Of a stretch of DNA of 64,000 nucleotides, positions 10,401-20,342 are shown in pieces. The position numbers and the translations under genes were made by a program. The notes under the pieces were generated by a model. The model did no database searches and was not told the origin of the DNA. It worked only from the letters and a program-made list of their open reading frames with translations. The stretch is from an uncultured virus (IMG/VR IMGVR_UViG_2700989551_000001) (Duplodnaviria; Heunggongvirae; Uroviricota; Caudoviricetes): IMG/VR virus record IMGVR_UViG_2700989551_000001. One strand, 5' to 3'. Positions within the stretch are counted from its first letter, which is position 1. Each line of letters begins with the position of its first letter.

Positions 10401-13400
10401 GCCAATCCTCCCATGCCGACAGGATGCAGGTCCTCGTGGGCTCCGACACGGACCACGCGACGCCTGTGGAGATGACCCGCGTCACCTCTAACGGCCATGG
10501 CGACAAGGTGGGCGGGAAGTCCACGATCATCACCACAAAGGTATCCAACACCGATCCCCGAGACCATGGCAGCCAGTGGGAGACGTACGAAGGCTATTAC
10601 CAGGTGCCCGAAGGACAGAAGAACACGGTATTCATGTTCAAGAGCCTCGAAGGGTTCAAAGAGGTTGAGACCCTGCCCGGCAACAACGTCGGCAATCTCG
10701 TGGACGACATCGAGTTCTCCCGTTCCTACAAGTTGACCTATGACAAGAACGCGTCCGACGCGACCGGCAAAGTCCCGTCGAATCAGCGCGGCAAGGAGAA
10801 CGCCGTCGAGCCCGCCGAATCGAAGACTACCGGAAACGTGAAGACGGTGGCGGATAATACGTCGAATCTGCCGGACCATCTGGTGAACGGCACGTTCGAT
10901 TATCGCGGCAACGAGATCATCAACGAGAACCAGAGGGTCTACGGCCAGCACGACACAACCTACCTCGCCATAATCAGCGCGAAGACCGGCGTCATCGGCA
11001 ACCCGCTGCACAGCAAGCTCGACAATTGGGATTCCGGCAAGTTCGGCTGGAAATCCAACGACGACACCGCCGGTGCCGACACCGTCGAGGTGCAGCGCCG
11101 CAACCACACCCCGTATCCGACCAACGCGGGCAACGTGTGGGGCGAGATCGCCGCAGCCAAGCGAGGCAAGTACATCTACCAGGACATCGCCACCACGCCC
11201 GGCGTCGTGTACAAGTGGAGCCTCAAGCACGCGTCCCGCAACGCGGACCAGGACGACAGCATGCAGGTCATGATCGGCGAACCCGGCAAGACCGTCGCAC
11301 AGCAGGCGACCCGCACCACATCCAACGGGTCGGACAAGACCGGCAGCGTCGGCACCACGATCACCACGCACGGCACCGCGCAGGACGGCAGATGGGAGAC
11401 CTATACCGGCGACTACCTCGCCACCTCGACCACGACCCGCTTCACGTTCAGGAGCGTCAGGGACTCCAACGGTCAGGGCCTCGACTTCACCGCCGAAGGC
11501 AACTGCGTCGACGACCTAAGCTTCGACAAGGCGTACAAGCTCTCTTACGACAAGAATTCTTCGGACGCGACCGGCAGCGTGCCATCCAATCAATACGGCA
11601 AGGAGAACACCGTACAGCCCGCCAAGTCCAAGACCACGGGCAGTGTCGGACTCGCGGCTGACAAAACCGTTTCCGGCCTGACGGTGCATGATCTGAAGAA
11701 GAACGACAAGGGCAAGGTGCCCTCCAGTTCGAAGGCGGATTCCACGCAGCCGGCCGCGTTCAAGGCTCCGGACGCCAAGGTGGAGGCCATCGCCTCCAGG
11801 GCCGCGGGTGACGAGATGGCCGTGAACGGCGGGTTCGACACCCCGAAGTGGAGCATCGCGAAGGAGGGGCAGGGCCTGCCCTGGGTGTATGTGAAGCCCA
11901 ATGCGGGCACGATCCGCTCCTACGCGCAGGCCATGGCCGGACAGACGGGCGTGAAGGCCGGCGGCCTGACCGCCGCCACGTTCGCCTGGCAGGACGTGGA
12001 CGCCACCGGCGGCAACCAGAACTTCGAACTGCACCGGGAGAAGGACGGGAACACGGCCGCCGACGTGCACGCGGGCCGTACGGTCGCCCAGACCGTCGCC
12101 ACGACGCCGGGAGCCGCCTACACGTTCAGCATCCGCCACTCCGGCCGCAGCAAGGGCAACGCGGGCGGCGTGACATTGCTCACCGGCTCCGACAAGGACC
12201 ATCTCACCCCAGTCAAACTGACCCGCACCACGGTCTCCAAGACCGGAGCGAAATACGGTGACAGGACCGGCGACGTGGGGACCGTAGCCTACACGCACTC
12301 CGACTCCACCGACGCCACGGAAGGCGGCCACGAACCGTGGGACCATTCCGACGACTGGGAATCCTACGAGGGCACGGTCATTATCCCAGCCGGACAATCC
12401 CGCACGATGATCGCCTACAGGGGCGTCGCCAAGGACGGTACTCTTACTGCCTCCGCCAATGACAGCATCATCGACGACCTGAGCTTCCGCCTCGCCTACA
12501 AGCTCAGCTACGACGCGAACGGCGGGGCCAAGACGAACGCCAGCAAGATCAGCGCATCCTCGAACGGCACGGTCCGACTCGCCGCGACCAGGACGTCCGT
12601 CCCATCCCATGCCCTGGAGGACACGGACGTGCCCGCCGACTGCCGGAGCTTCACGTTCGACACCACCAGAACCAGACTGGCCGACGCCCGGTTCGACGGG
12701 AACTGGACCACCACCCGGGACGAGGCCGGCGGCAGCATCCACTGGCCGACCAGACTCGGCGCATCCGCCACCCTGCCGAATACGGGCACGTGGACGGATC
12801 CGGACGGTGTCGAACACCGGATCAACGCGACCATTGCGCTGAAACAGTGGAATGGCGGCAACATCGGACAGTTGAACAGGTTCGACGGGAACGGGAAGAT
12901 CGTCGGCGACGGCCTGTTCTGGATCAACGTCGTCTACGACAACACCAAGGTGCCCGCCAGCGTGCGCAAGGCTCTGGGCGGCATCGACACGTCGAAACGC
13001 GTCGGCTGCCAGTGGACCGTCAGCTTCACGTACGAGGACGGCACGCCCGTGCCCTCCACGTTCAAAGGCGTCACCGGATTCAACGACCTGGACGGATTCG
13101 ACGCGCGGCCGGACCTGAAATTCGAGGGCGTGCAGCTGCTCTCCGGATTCGACGGAGCCTACCGGACACGGGACGCGGAACTCGCATCCTACGGGACCAA
13201 CGGGTACGCGGGCATCAAGCACGATGCGGGCGACGAGTCGAACCTGAACGGCGCGCAGCAGGTCAGACACCGTCTGGCCGCCACTTGGACCGGCCCCACG
13301 TTCACCTACTCGTACGACCTTGAGAACCCGACGGGACGCACGGACGGCGTGCGCATGACGTTCGGCATGCCGGTCACCCGCACCCAGGTCCTCACCTACA

Positions 13401-16078
13401 AGGCGAACGGCGGAACCGGCCAGGTGCCCTCGCGCACCGAGGCCGGCAAAACCGAAACCGCCGCCTCCAGGATGAACGGCACGGTCAGGCTTGCGGCCGA
13501 CAGGGACACCGAACCGGAGTCCGGAACCACCACCGACGATCGCAAGGTGCTGACCGACACGATCGCCAGACAGGATGACGGGACCAGTCAGCGGACGATC
13601 ACCCGATCCGACGGCAGCGTGCAGGTGCAGACCATCGCCGACACGGGCGCCGTATCCGGCTGCCAGGTGTACTATCCGGCCGGCGCCAAGATCACCCTGG
13701 CGACCGCGAAAGCCGACTCCGACTGCTGGGATTCCAGCCAGATCAGCAAGACCAACCGCACGTTCTACGGGTGGAGCGCGAACACGGACGCCAACGACAA
13801 GGACGTGCCCGTCGCCGACACCATGGACCGCGCCACCCTGGATGCGAACGCGGAAACCCAGATCACCATGCCGGCCAGGGCGAAGACCGTATACGCGTTG
13901 TGGGCCATCAACCCGACCCTCACCTATGACGTGAACGCGCCGGCTGGCACAAACGCCCCCGTCGCCCCGGCATCCAAGACCGTGCCCTACAACACGGCCG
14001 CCACGGATACGAGCGGCTGGGTCGCGGGCGATGCGGGCAAGATCACCGGATACACGTTCCAGGGCTGGTATACAGGCAAGGACGGCGCCGCCAAATATGA
14101 TTTTACCGCCAAGCTCACTTCCGATGCGACCGTATACGCGAAATGGACGGCGAACGCCTGCACCGTGAAATACGATGCGGGCGGAGGCCAAGGCAGCATG
14201 CCCGACCAGAAGTTCACGTTCGGCGTGCCTCAGAACCTGACCCGCAACACGTTCACCCGCAGCGGGTGGGCGTTCACCGGCTGGAAGCGCGCCGACACCG
14301 GCGACGCATATCAGGATGGCCAGCAGGTCGCCAACCTGATATGCACGCCCAACGGCGGGGCCCCCTTTGTTGCCCAATGGACGCCCAACGCGGCCGCCAT
14401 CAACTACAACGCGAACCCGCCGGCTGGCAGGACCGCAGGCGGCCAAGGCACGGCCAACTGGACCGGCCACACCGGCGACACTCAGGCCATCGGAGCGAAC
14501 GGCTGGACGGTGGACGGCTACACGTTCATCGGCTGGAACACCAGCGCCGACGGCAAAGGCACGGCGTACGCGCCCGGCACCACGTGGATCGCGAACGGCA
14601 CGCTGACCCTGTACGCGCAATGGACGCCCGGCCAGGCCGGCCTCACCTACGACGGCAACGGCGCGACCGGCGGTAAGACCGACCCTCAGCCGGGCAAGAC
14701 CGACGAGAAGATCAACGTCCGCGACAACGGGTTCACCCGCGACGGATACATGTTCGTCACGTGGAACACCCAAGCCGGATGCAAGGGCAAGGCCGTCGAC
14801 CCGGGCGACGAGTGGACGCTGCAAGGTTCCGGCACCCTGTACGCCTGCTGGGCCGGTACCGTGCAAACCCTTGCCTATCACGGCAACGGCGCGACCGGCG
14901 GCAACACGGCTGTACAATCCGGCAAGACCGGTGACGAGCTGACCACAAACGCCAATGGTTTCACCCGCGACGGATACACGTTCGTTCGTTGGGACACCGC
15001 CAAGGACGGTTCCGGCACCGCATACGGCGAAGGCAAGAACGGCGTCAGCCAGTACACGATGAAGCCTGCAGGCAACGACCTGTACGCCATCTGGAAGGCG
15101 AACCCGGCCAGCATCGTCTACCGCAACGGCTACCCGAACACCACAGGCAGCACGCCCGACACCACCGGCAGCACGGGAGACACGGTCACCGTCAGCCAGA
15201 ACGGTTTCGACCGTCCCGGCTACACGTTCACCGGATGGAGCACCAGCAAGCGCGGCGATCCGAGCCTTAACCCCGGCGACAAGCACACGCTGGAACCCGG
15301 CACCACCACCGTGTGGGCCCAGTGGAAGGCCAACCCCGCACACTTGGTGTACAACAGCAACGTCGGCGGCATTGGCTCGGAAACCAGGACGGTGGACGGT
15401 GTCGTTGACCAGACCGTGAAGACGATCGACAATCCGTTCGACCGTCCCGGCTACACGTTCTCCGGATGGAACACGCAGGCCGACGGCAAGGGCAAGGCAT
15501 ACGATCCGGGCGCGGACTGCACGCTGACCGCGAACGACAAATCCACGCCGAAGAACACCTCGGTGCTCTACGCGCAATGGACGATCAACAAGGTCACGTT
15601 GAAGTTCGACCCGAACGGCGGCGTGGGTGGATACCCATCCATCAACACGGACGCATTCGGTTCGGTCACCATCCCCAAGGATGCCAAGGAGCCGAAGGTC
15701 ACACGCCCCGGCTTCCGCTTCACCGGCTGGAGCCTGAAGAAAACCCCGGACAAGGATGAGACCCTGCTGACCCCCGGCAAGGATACGGTCAGCATGCCGG
15801 CCGAAGGCGAGGTCGCCGTATACGCGCAATGGGAGCCGGCCATGACCACGCTCCCGTTCACCGGCGGCAACGCTCAGATTCCGACCATCTGGCTGTGGGC
15901 CGGCCTCGCGTTCCTGATCATCGCGGCAGGAGCCTTCTCCCCGATGATCCGACTGCGCATGGGAGCCGGTAGCAAAGGCCGTCACGCCGGACGCCGACCA
16001 TTGGAAGGCATTCCCGGTGAGCATGGCCGTAGCGACATCGCGGGACGTGTGGGAGTCCATGCGTCTCGCCGTCGATGA
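7442..16078 (+). CDS. Giant pilus-associated adhesin: six tandem ~270-aa domains, one distinct domain, multiple Listeria-Bacteroides (InlB B-type) repeats, LPFTG anchor
   Basis: Signal peptide (AQA-D); repeated xVNGxF...YQDI...LKHAS...MQVL...WETYEG...GNLIDD units; YDxNGG...GYTFxGW...LYAQW repeats; LPFTG + TM. Confidence 0.88.
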   Translation: MHSILKRSAALIASAATLLGGGLLMAGTAQADGIGLPVMTIHPAASTSYPKELVNGGFQTFGNRIVDKRSGGWQYLSFVDGNGMAMEGSSERPWAKVDGWDAVKFGWKSNDSVSGHRGIVEVQRFRTAVKGSTGNVWGEIAAATQGKYLYQDIDTANTSDAMYTVRLKHASRNKDARDSMQVLVGAPGREKPVTMRRTIANAGDKAGEESTTITSTGTGQDDQWDTYEGTVLVPRGQDVTRFTFKSVADSNSAGRPDSAEGNLIDDVVFTKAYQLTYDANGGVKTRTSQIDYTTGGETRGKVKTVRDSPAPPAGQEKIVNGDFEYSGTGAGLSDSPFNYVSLSRKSYYYKDSRNVNHRVALPAGFDAKRFAWKSDQTGKDLGNPPYEQAGDVQVWNRYDGSNHYAELTAAQAGSAIYQDIDTESDSDVQYIVSLRHASLNASHLDSMQVLIGAPGHETPVTMTRVTANGYGDKVGESSDTIATRVSNPKPADREDSDHTGQWETYTGTVTVPAGRPVTRFTFRNVSSKSAWNGNLIDDIAFTKARRLDYDANGGTKAQASQIGYRTDATQGAVETVASKTLPTELVNGSFDYLLDGGWDTISPVGRGGYADDRGWGRFTSVDPASGEYIQNAGQNPATFDSTGKWVKWPGFDAAKFGWASDQKGGQPQGGVGLTDRPNAVELQQDSVTGNTYAEIVGSERGKAILQKIDTQHDSDTVYTVRFDHASLSKEHADSMQVLVNGKPVTMTRVTSNKAGDEQGWTGTSITTHATNTNRFQHDGQWATYEGKVTIPANTPVSTFTFKALNAVDPTKGNLIDNLTFKIAYRLSYDANGGTKAKASQISSMTEGKASETDGKVRTVADENVRYGSLANGDFSYPSFSDIQENEQGTDADLRTFLKSDDGTLWYNMSVTDLSKYGKIGQIPGFDSSRFAWSSTENGSRVELQQDRNTKNTYAEIVAQQDNTSIYQNVSTCNGGVLYKIRLKHASRQSSHADRMQVLVGSDTDHATPVEMTRVTSNGHGDKVGGKSTIITTKVSNTDPRDHGSQWETYEGYYQVPEGQKNTVFMFKSLEGFKEVETLPGNNVGNLVDDIEFSRSYKLTYDKNASDATGKVPSNQRGKENAVEPAESKTTGNVKTVADNTSNLPDHLVNGTFDYRGNEIINENQRVYGQHDTTYLAIISAKTGVIGNPLHSKLDNWDSGKFGWKSNDDTAGADTVEVQRRNHTPYPTNAGNVWGEIAAAKRGKYIYQDIATTPGVVYKWSLKHASRNADQDDSMQVMIGEPGKTVAQQATRTTSNGSDKTGSVGTTITTHGTAQDGRWETYTGDYLATSTTTRFTFRSVRDSNGQGLDFTAEGNCVDDLSFDKAYKLSYDKNSSDATGSVPSNQYGKENTVQPAKSKTTGSVGLAADKTVSGLTVHDLKKNDKGKVPSSSKADSTQPAAFKAPDAKVEAIASRAAGDEMAVNGGFDTPKWSIAKEGQGLPWVYVKPNAGTIRSYAQAMAGQTGVKAGGLTAATFAWQDVDATGGNQNFELHREKDGNTAADVHAGRTVAQTVATTPGAAYTFSIRHSGRSKGNAGGVTLLTGSDKDHLTPVKLTRTTVSKTGAKYGDRTGDVGTVAYTHSDSTDATEGGHEPWDHSDDWESYEGTVIIPAGQSRTMIAYRGVAKDGTLTASANDSIIDDLSFRLAYKLSYDANGGAKTNASKISASSNGTVRLAATRTSVPSHALEDTDVPADCRSFTFDTTRTRLADARFDGNWTTTRDEAGGSIHWPTRLGASATLPNTGTWTDPDGVEHRINATIALKQWNGGNIGQLNRFDGNGKIVGDGLFWINVVYDNTKVPASVRKALGGIDTSKRVGCQWTVSFTYEDGTPVPSTFKGVTGFNDLDGFDARPDLKFEGVQLLSGFDGAYRTRDAELASYGTNGYAGIKHDAGDESNLNGAQQVRHRLAATWTGPTFTYSYDLENPTGRTDGVRMTFGMPVTRTQVLTYKANGGTGQVPSRTEAGKTETAASRMNGTVRLAADRDTEPESGTTTDDRKVLTDTIARQDDGTSQRTITRSDGSVQVQTIADTGAVSGCQVYYPAGAKITLATAKADSDCWDSSQISKTNRTFYGWSANTDANDKDVPVADTMDRATLDANAETQITMPARAKTVYALWAINPTLTYDVNAPAGTNAPVAPASKTVPYNTAATDTSGWVAGDAGKITGYTFQGWYTGKDGAAKYDFTAKLTSDATVYAKWTANACTVKYDAGGGQGSMPDQKFTFGVPQNLTRNTFTRSGWAFTGWKRADTGDAYQDGQQVANLICTPNGGAPFVAQWTPNAAAINYNANPPAGRTAGGQGTANWTGHTGDTQAIGANGWTVDGYTFIGWNTSADGKGTAYAPGTTWIANGTLTLYAQWTPGQAGLTYDGNGATGGKTDPQPGKTDEKINVRDNGFTRDGYMFVTWNTQAGCKGKAVDPGDEWTLQGSGTLYACWAGTVQTLAYHGNGATGGNTAVQSGKTGDELTTNANGFTRDGYTFVRWDTAKDGSGTAYGEGKNGVSQYTMKPAGNDLYAIWKANPASIVYRNGYPNTTGSTPDTTGSTGDTVTVSQNGFDRPGYTFTGWSTSKRGDPSLNPGDKHTLEPGTTTVWAQWKANPAHLVYNSNVGGIGSETRTVDGVVDQTVKTIDNPFDRPGYTFSGWNTQADGKGKAYDPGADCTLTANDKSTPKNTSVLYAQWTINKVTLKFDPNGGVGGYPSINTDAFGSVTIPKDAKEPKVTRPGFRFTGWSLKKTPDKDETLLTPGKDTVSMPAEGEVAVYAQWEPAMTTLPFTGGNAQIPTIWLWAGLAFLIIAAGAFSPMIRLRMGAGSKGRHAGRRPLEGIPGEHGRSDIAGRVGVHASRRR

Positions 16079-16988
16079 CAGGCGGGCCCGTGACAACCGG
16101 GTCCGTCTGCTCATCCGCCGTTCACGCGTATACGCCACCGCCGCTCTCATCTGCGTGGCATTGGGGCTGATACTCATTGGCATGCCCCGAATCCAGCAGC
16201 TCATCGGAGATAGGGAGACCGACGCTCAGGCCCGTTCCGTCAGTCAGTCCGCATCACTGTTTCCTGAGGGTAGCCGTCAGAGCGCGATCAAATCAGCAAT
16301 CGAATACAACCAGCGACTTTACGAGTCGGGACAACCTCAAATCGGCGAACCTGTTTTTGATGGAAAAGTCAAGGGAAACTTCGAGGGCGACGACGAATAC
16401 CGGCGCCAACTGTCCGTCAACGGGTTGGACGCGATGGGTGAACTGCTGATCCCGAAAATCAGTGTGGATCTGCCTATCATGCACGGCGCGAGCCAGGATG
16501 TGCTCGAACATGCTGCGGGTCATCTGGCTGGCACGAGTCTGCCTGTCGGAGGCAAGAACACTCGTGCCGTGATTACCGGGCATTCGAACCTGAAGGGGGC
16601 GACCCTGTTCACCCGACTCGGGGAACTCGATGAGGGGGACCCGTTCTATATCAAGGTCATGGGCAACACGCTCGCCTACCGGGTCAACGACATCCGCATT
16701 GTCAGCCCCACGGACACGAAGGTGTTGAAGATCCGGAAAGGACGGGACGAGGTCACGCTGCTGACCTGCACCGGGCAGGGCAACACGCTCCGTCTCCTCG
16801 TCACCGGGGAACGCAACAGCATGCCCGACCAGGCCCCATTGCCCGGCGATGCGCCGAGCGACACGAAACAGGCGATCGTCATCTCGCTGATCGTCATGGC
16901 CGGCGTGCTGATCATCGGGTTCGCGGCCTGCCGCAGCCGGGATGTGTTCGGCCGGCATGTTGGAGGTCATGGGAACGGAAGTCGATAG
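16017..16988 (+). CDS. Class C (pilus) sortase
   Basis: IPKI..LPI.HG, AGHL.GTSLPVGG, ITGHS, TLLTC, LRLLV; N- and C-terminal TM segments. Confidence 0.95.
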   Translation: MSMAVATSRDVWESMRLAVDDRRARDNRVRLLIRRSRVYATAALICVALGLILIGMPRIQQLIGDRETDAQARSVSQSASLFPEGSRQSAIKSAIEYNQRLYESGQPQIGEPVFDGKVKGNFEGDDEYRRQLSVNGLDAMGELLIPKISVDLPIMHGASQDVLEHAAGHLAGTSLPVGGKNTRAVITGHSNLKGATLFTRLGELDEGDPFYIKVMGNTLAYRVNDIRIVSPTDTKVLKIRKGRDEVTLLTCTGQGNTLRLLVTGERNSMPDQAPLPGDAPSDTKQAIVISLIVMAGVLIIGFAACRSRDVFGRHVGGHGNGSR

Positions 16989-17001
16989 CCGTCCCATACG
17001 G

Positions 17002-17056
17002 ATCAAGGACCCGTCTCATCCGTGATGTTGCTTCGCGGATGAGACGGGTCCTTGAT
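17002..17056. terminator. Long hairpin between convergent genes
   Basis: Perfect 21-bp IR ATCAAGGACCCGTCTCATCCG / CGGATGAGACGGGTCCTTGAT. Confidence 0.75.
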
Positions 17057-17078
17057 GTTCCCGGCGGATTGGAATCCG

Positions 17079-20003
17079 TCAGTCGTTCACATGCCATCCG
17101 TCCGCATGCTTGGCGGCACGCACCCTCACGAGCACGCAGCCAGCGCCCGCGATGGTCATGATCGCCGCCAATGTGGCGATTGCGGTGGTGTCCGATCCGG
17201 TGGAGGCCAGACCGTCGCCGGTCACGCCTGCGGCCTGCTTCCTGGCCTGTTCGGCCTTCTGCTTCTTGGCTTCGGCATCCTTCTTGGCTTGGTCGGCCTT
17301 CTTCTGGGCTTCCTGCTGCTTCTTGGCTTCCTCCTCGGCCTTCTTCTGGGCTTCGGCTTCGGCCTTCTTGGCGGCGGCGAGCTCCTTGTCGGACGCCTGC
17401 TTGTCGGCGAGCTTGGCGTCATAGTCGGCCTTGGCGTTGGCGTATGCCTTGTCGGCCTCATCCTTGGCCTTGTTCGCCTCATCCAGCTTGGACTGCGCTT
17501 CCGTCAGCTTCGCGTTCGCCTTCTTGAGGTTCTCCTCGGCGTTCTGCAGACGCTTGATGGTGTTCTGGGCGTCGTGGAGCTTGCCGGTGGCCGTGTTGAG
17601 GTCGTCCTTCGCCTTCGCGTATGCGGCCTTGGCGTCGGCGATGGCCTCGTCGGCGGCCTTGACCTGCTTGTCGGCGGCTTCAACCTTCGCGTCGGAAACG
17701 GTCTTGGCGTCGAGCGCGGCCTGCTTGGCCTTCTCGGCCTCGGCCTTCGCGGCCTTGGCGGCGGCCAGGTCGGCTGCGGCCTTCGTCTTGTCCGTGTTCG
17801 CCTGCTTGATCGCGGCTTCCGCATCCGTCTTGTTCCTGGCGGCGGTCTGGGCCAGCTTGTCGGCGGTATCGATCTTCGCCTGTGCGGCGGCGACTGCCGT
17901 GTTCGCCTTGTCCACTGCCGTCTGGGCTGTGGTCTGGGCGTCGGTGGCGGTGGCGGCTGCGGTCTGGGCTTCCTTGGTGGCCTGCTGGGCGGCGGAGTAC
18001 GCTTCGTTCTTCGCCGTCTGATCCTTCCTGGCTTCCTCCAACGCCTTGGCCTTGTCCTCGTTCGCCTTCACGGCCTCGTCATAGGCTTTCTGCGCCTCGT
18101 CGGCGGCAGCCTGCAAATCCCTGGCCTTCTGCGCGGCCTGCTGGGCTTCCTCAGCGGCCTTCCGTGCGGACTGCTGGGCGGCGGCCAGCGCCTTGGCCGC
18201 GGCGGAGGCGTCCTGTGCGGCCTGCTTGCTCTTGGACAATGCGGCCTGCCAGTTCGCGTCCGCGTTGGTCAGCGAATCACGCCATGCGGTCAGATCCGCC
18301 AGATACGCGTCCACGTCCATGACACGCCCCGACTGGTCGGGGGCCGCGTACTGGAACGTCTGCCCGTGCGTGGTCCCGAAGCCGAGCGTCCCGTTCTGGC
18401 TGATCGCGAAACCGGTGACCGTGTAGCCCTTGTTGACGACATTCAGATAATGGCCGGTCTCGCCCACCGCGTTCCCGTCCTTGTCCTTGCCGTCCAGCAC
18501 GCCGTCGGTCATGTCCTTCTCGTAATTGGCCTTCTCGGTCGTGTACCAGCCGTCGAACGGGTCCTTGTAACCCCAGGCCATGTTCTCGCCGACGTCGAAC
18601 TGGCCGGAATGGCCGATGTTGTCGTCGGACCAGTCGACGTTCGCCATGCTCATCGCCATGAGCGTGTCCGACACCTTCAACGGGGCCAATCCCTCCTTGG
18701 CGCGAAGCTGGTTGATCTCCTTGATGAACGCGAGGGACGCGATCATGTTGTCGATGCTGGTCGCGTCGCCCTTCTGGCCGTTCTTGATGCTGGACAGGTA
18801 AAGCGTCGTGTCCTCGTCGGTGAGGACCTTGACCGCGTCGGACGCGTTCCTGTCGCCGAAGTAGGCGACCGCGCCCTGCGAGAGCTTCGACTGCGCCTGG
18901 TCGGCGATCTGCTTCAGCCGGTCAGCCTCGGCCTTCGCCTGTTCGGCGGCCTGCCGTTTCGCCGTGGCGTTCGCCGAAGCGTCGGATGCCGCCTTGTCGG
19001 CCGCCTGCTGCGCCTGTTCCGCCTTCTGCTGGGCGGCGGCGGCATCGGCTGCGGCCTTCTTCGCGGCCTTGAGCTTCGCGGCCAGGTCGGAAAGACCTCC
19101 ATCATCCTTGGACAATTGCTCGACCTTGGCATCGGCCTTCTGCTTGGCTTCAAGCGCCTTGGCCTCGGCCTGCTCGGCCGCGGCCAGCTTGGCTTGCGCG
19201 GCGTTCGCCGCCTCGTCGGCCTTCGTCTTGTCGCCGGTCGCCGTGGCCTGCTGCTTCTTGGCTTCGGCCAGCTCCTTCTCGGCGGCTGCCTTGTCGCTCG
19301 CGGCCTGCTTTGCGTCCGCGTCGGCCCGGTCGGCCTTCTTCTGCGCATCACTGATGGCGGTATCCGCCTGATCGGCCTTCTTCTGCGCGTCCGTGGCCTG
19401 CTTGTCGGCCGCATCGATATCGGTCTGGGCCTTGTCGGCGTCCTTCTGATGGGAGGCGGATTCGGCGGAGGCCTCATCCTTCGCGGTCTGTGCGGTCTGC
19501 TTGGCGGCTTCTGCCTTCGACTGGCCGGCGGAGGCCTGCTGCATGGCCTTGTTGGCGTCGTTGATGGCGTTGGATGCGTTGTTCGCGGCCTGTTGGGCGG
19601 CGGCGATTTTGTCGGCCGTGTTGGTCGCATCCTGTGCGGCCTGCTGCTGGGCCTTGCTGGCATCGTCGTAGTTCGTCTGCGCCTGCTGCTGGTTGTTTGC
19701 GGCTGTCTGCTGCTGGGCGGCGGCGTTGTCGAGGTTCCGCTTGGCGGTGTCCAACGCGGCTGCGGCGGCGTCGGCCTTGGCCTGCGCCTCGGTCACGCCC
19801 GTCGGGGATGCCTGCGCGATCGCCTGATTGGCTTCCGCCGTGCTCTGCTGGGCCTGTGCGACGCTGTCCTGCGCCTGCGCGATCGCCTGACCGGCCTGAT
19901 CGCCCGTGGTCGTGGTCTCGTCGGCCATGGCGACCGCGGGGGCGGCGAGCGTGGCGAGCGTGGCCGTCGCGGCCACCGCGACTGATGTGAGTTTGCGTGA
20001 CAT
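17079..20003 (-). CDS. Cell-wall-anchored coiled-coil protein with central CAP/SCP domain
   Basis: Signal peptide, long Ala/Gln/Lys heptad regions, INQLRAKEGLAPL..GENMAWG..TGHYLNVVN, LASTG + TM. Confidence 0.88.
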   Translation of the reverse strand: MSRKLTSVAVAATATLATLAAPAVAMADETTTTGDQAGQAIAQAQDSVAQAQQSTAEANQAIAQASPTGVTEAQAKADAAAAALDTAKRNLDNAAAQQQTAANNQQQAQTNYDDASKAQQQAAQDATNTADKIAAAQQAANNASNAINDANKAMQQASAGQSKAEAAKQTAQTAKDEASAESASHQKDADKAQTDIDAADKQATDAQKKADQADTAISDAQKKADRADADAKQAASDKAAAEKELAEAKKQQATATGDKTKADEAANAAQAKLAAAEQAEAKALEAKQKADAKVEQLSKDDGGLSDLAAKLKAAKKAAADAAAAQQKAEQAQQAADKAASDASANATAKRQAAEQAKAEADRLKQIADQAQSKLSQGAVAYFGDRNASDAVKVLTDEDTTLYLSSIKNGQKGDATSIDNMIASLAFIKEINQLRAKEGLAPLKVSDTLMAMSMANVDWSDDNIGHSGQFDVGENMAWGYKDPFDGWYTTEKANYEKDMTDGVLDGKDKDGNAVGETGHYLNVVNKGYTVTGFAISQNGTLGFGTTHGQTFQYAAPDQSGRVMDVDAYLADLTAWRDSLTNADANWQAALSKSKQAAQDASAAAKALAAAQQSARKAAEEAQQAAQKARDLQAAADEAQKAYDEAVKANEDKAKALEEARKDQTAKNEAYSAAQQATKEAQTAAATATDAQTTAQTAVDKANTAVAAAQAKIDTADKLAQTAARNKTDAEAAIKQANTDKTKAAADLAAAKAAKAEAEKAKQAALDAKTVSDAKVEAADKQVKAADEAIADAKAAYAKAKDDLNTATGKLHDAQNTIKRLQNAEENLKKANAKLTEAQSKLDEANKAKDEADKAYANAKADYDAKLADKQASDKELAAAKKAEAEAQKKAEEEAKKQQEAQKKADQAKKDAEAKKQKAEQARKQAAGVTGDGLASTGSDTTAIATLAAIMTIAGAGCVLVRVRAAKHADGWHVND

Positions 20004-20342
20004 GTTCGAATCCTTTCTTCCGGAGTCACCCCCATTCTAGGAGGGGGGATGCGTGTCCGGCGGCCCCGGTCCGGAATCCGGCCCATAGACCCGCCGGCAT
20101 GCCGTATGCGTCCCGGACGCATCTATCTTGACGGGCATGTCCACGCCCGGCCAACTGCCCGCCCCAGGCATGCCCGTGCTCGCCTCCCCGGCGGCATTGC
20201 CCGGCTGCGCGCCCACGATGCGCGTCGCGTCGGCGCGCATCGTCGAACGGCATCGGCATGATCCCGGCGTCCGAGTCTCATACGATCCGGACGGGCGCAT
20301 GGACGAATCCTACAGGCCTGCCCTGCCGCCCGTACGCCTTTC

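Noticed and set aside
7590..13400. Diversity-generating retroelement or invertase shufflon acting on the adhesin
   Set aside because: No reverse transcriptase, template repeat, recombinase or inverted cassettes in the window.
9900..15030. CGCATA hits inside coding sequence (e.g. ~9907, ~14305, ~15019)
   Set aside because: The hexamer is expected by chance in 64 kb. Only hits with start-codon spacing or an intergenic position were counted.
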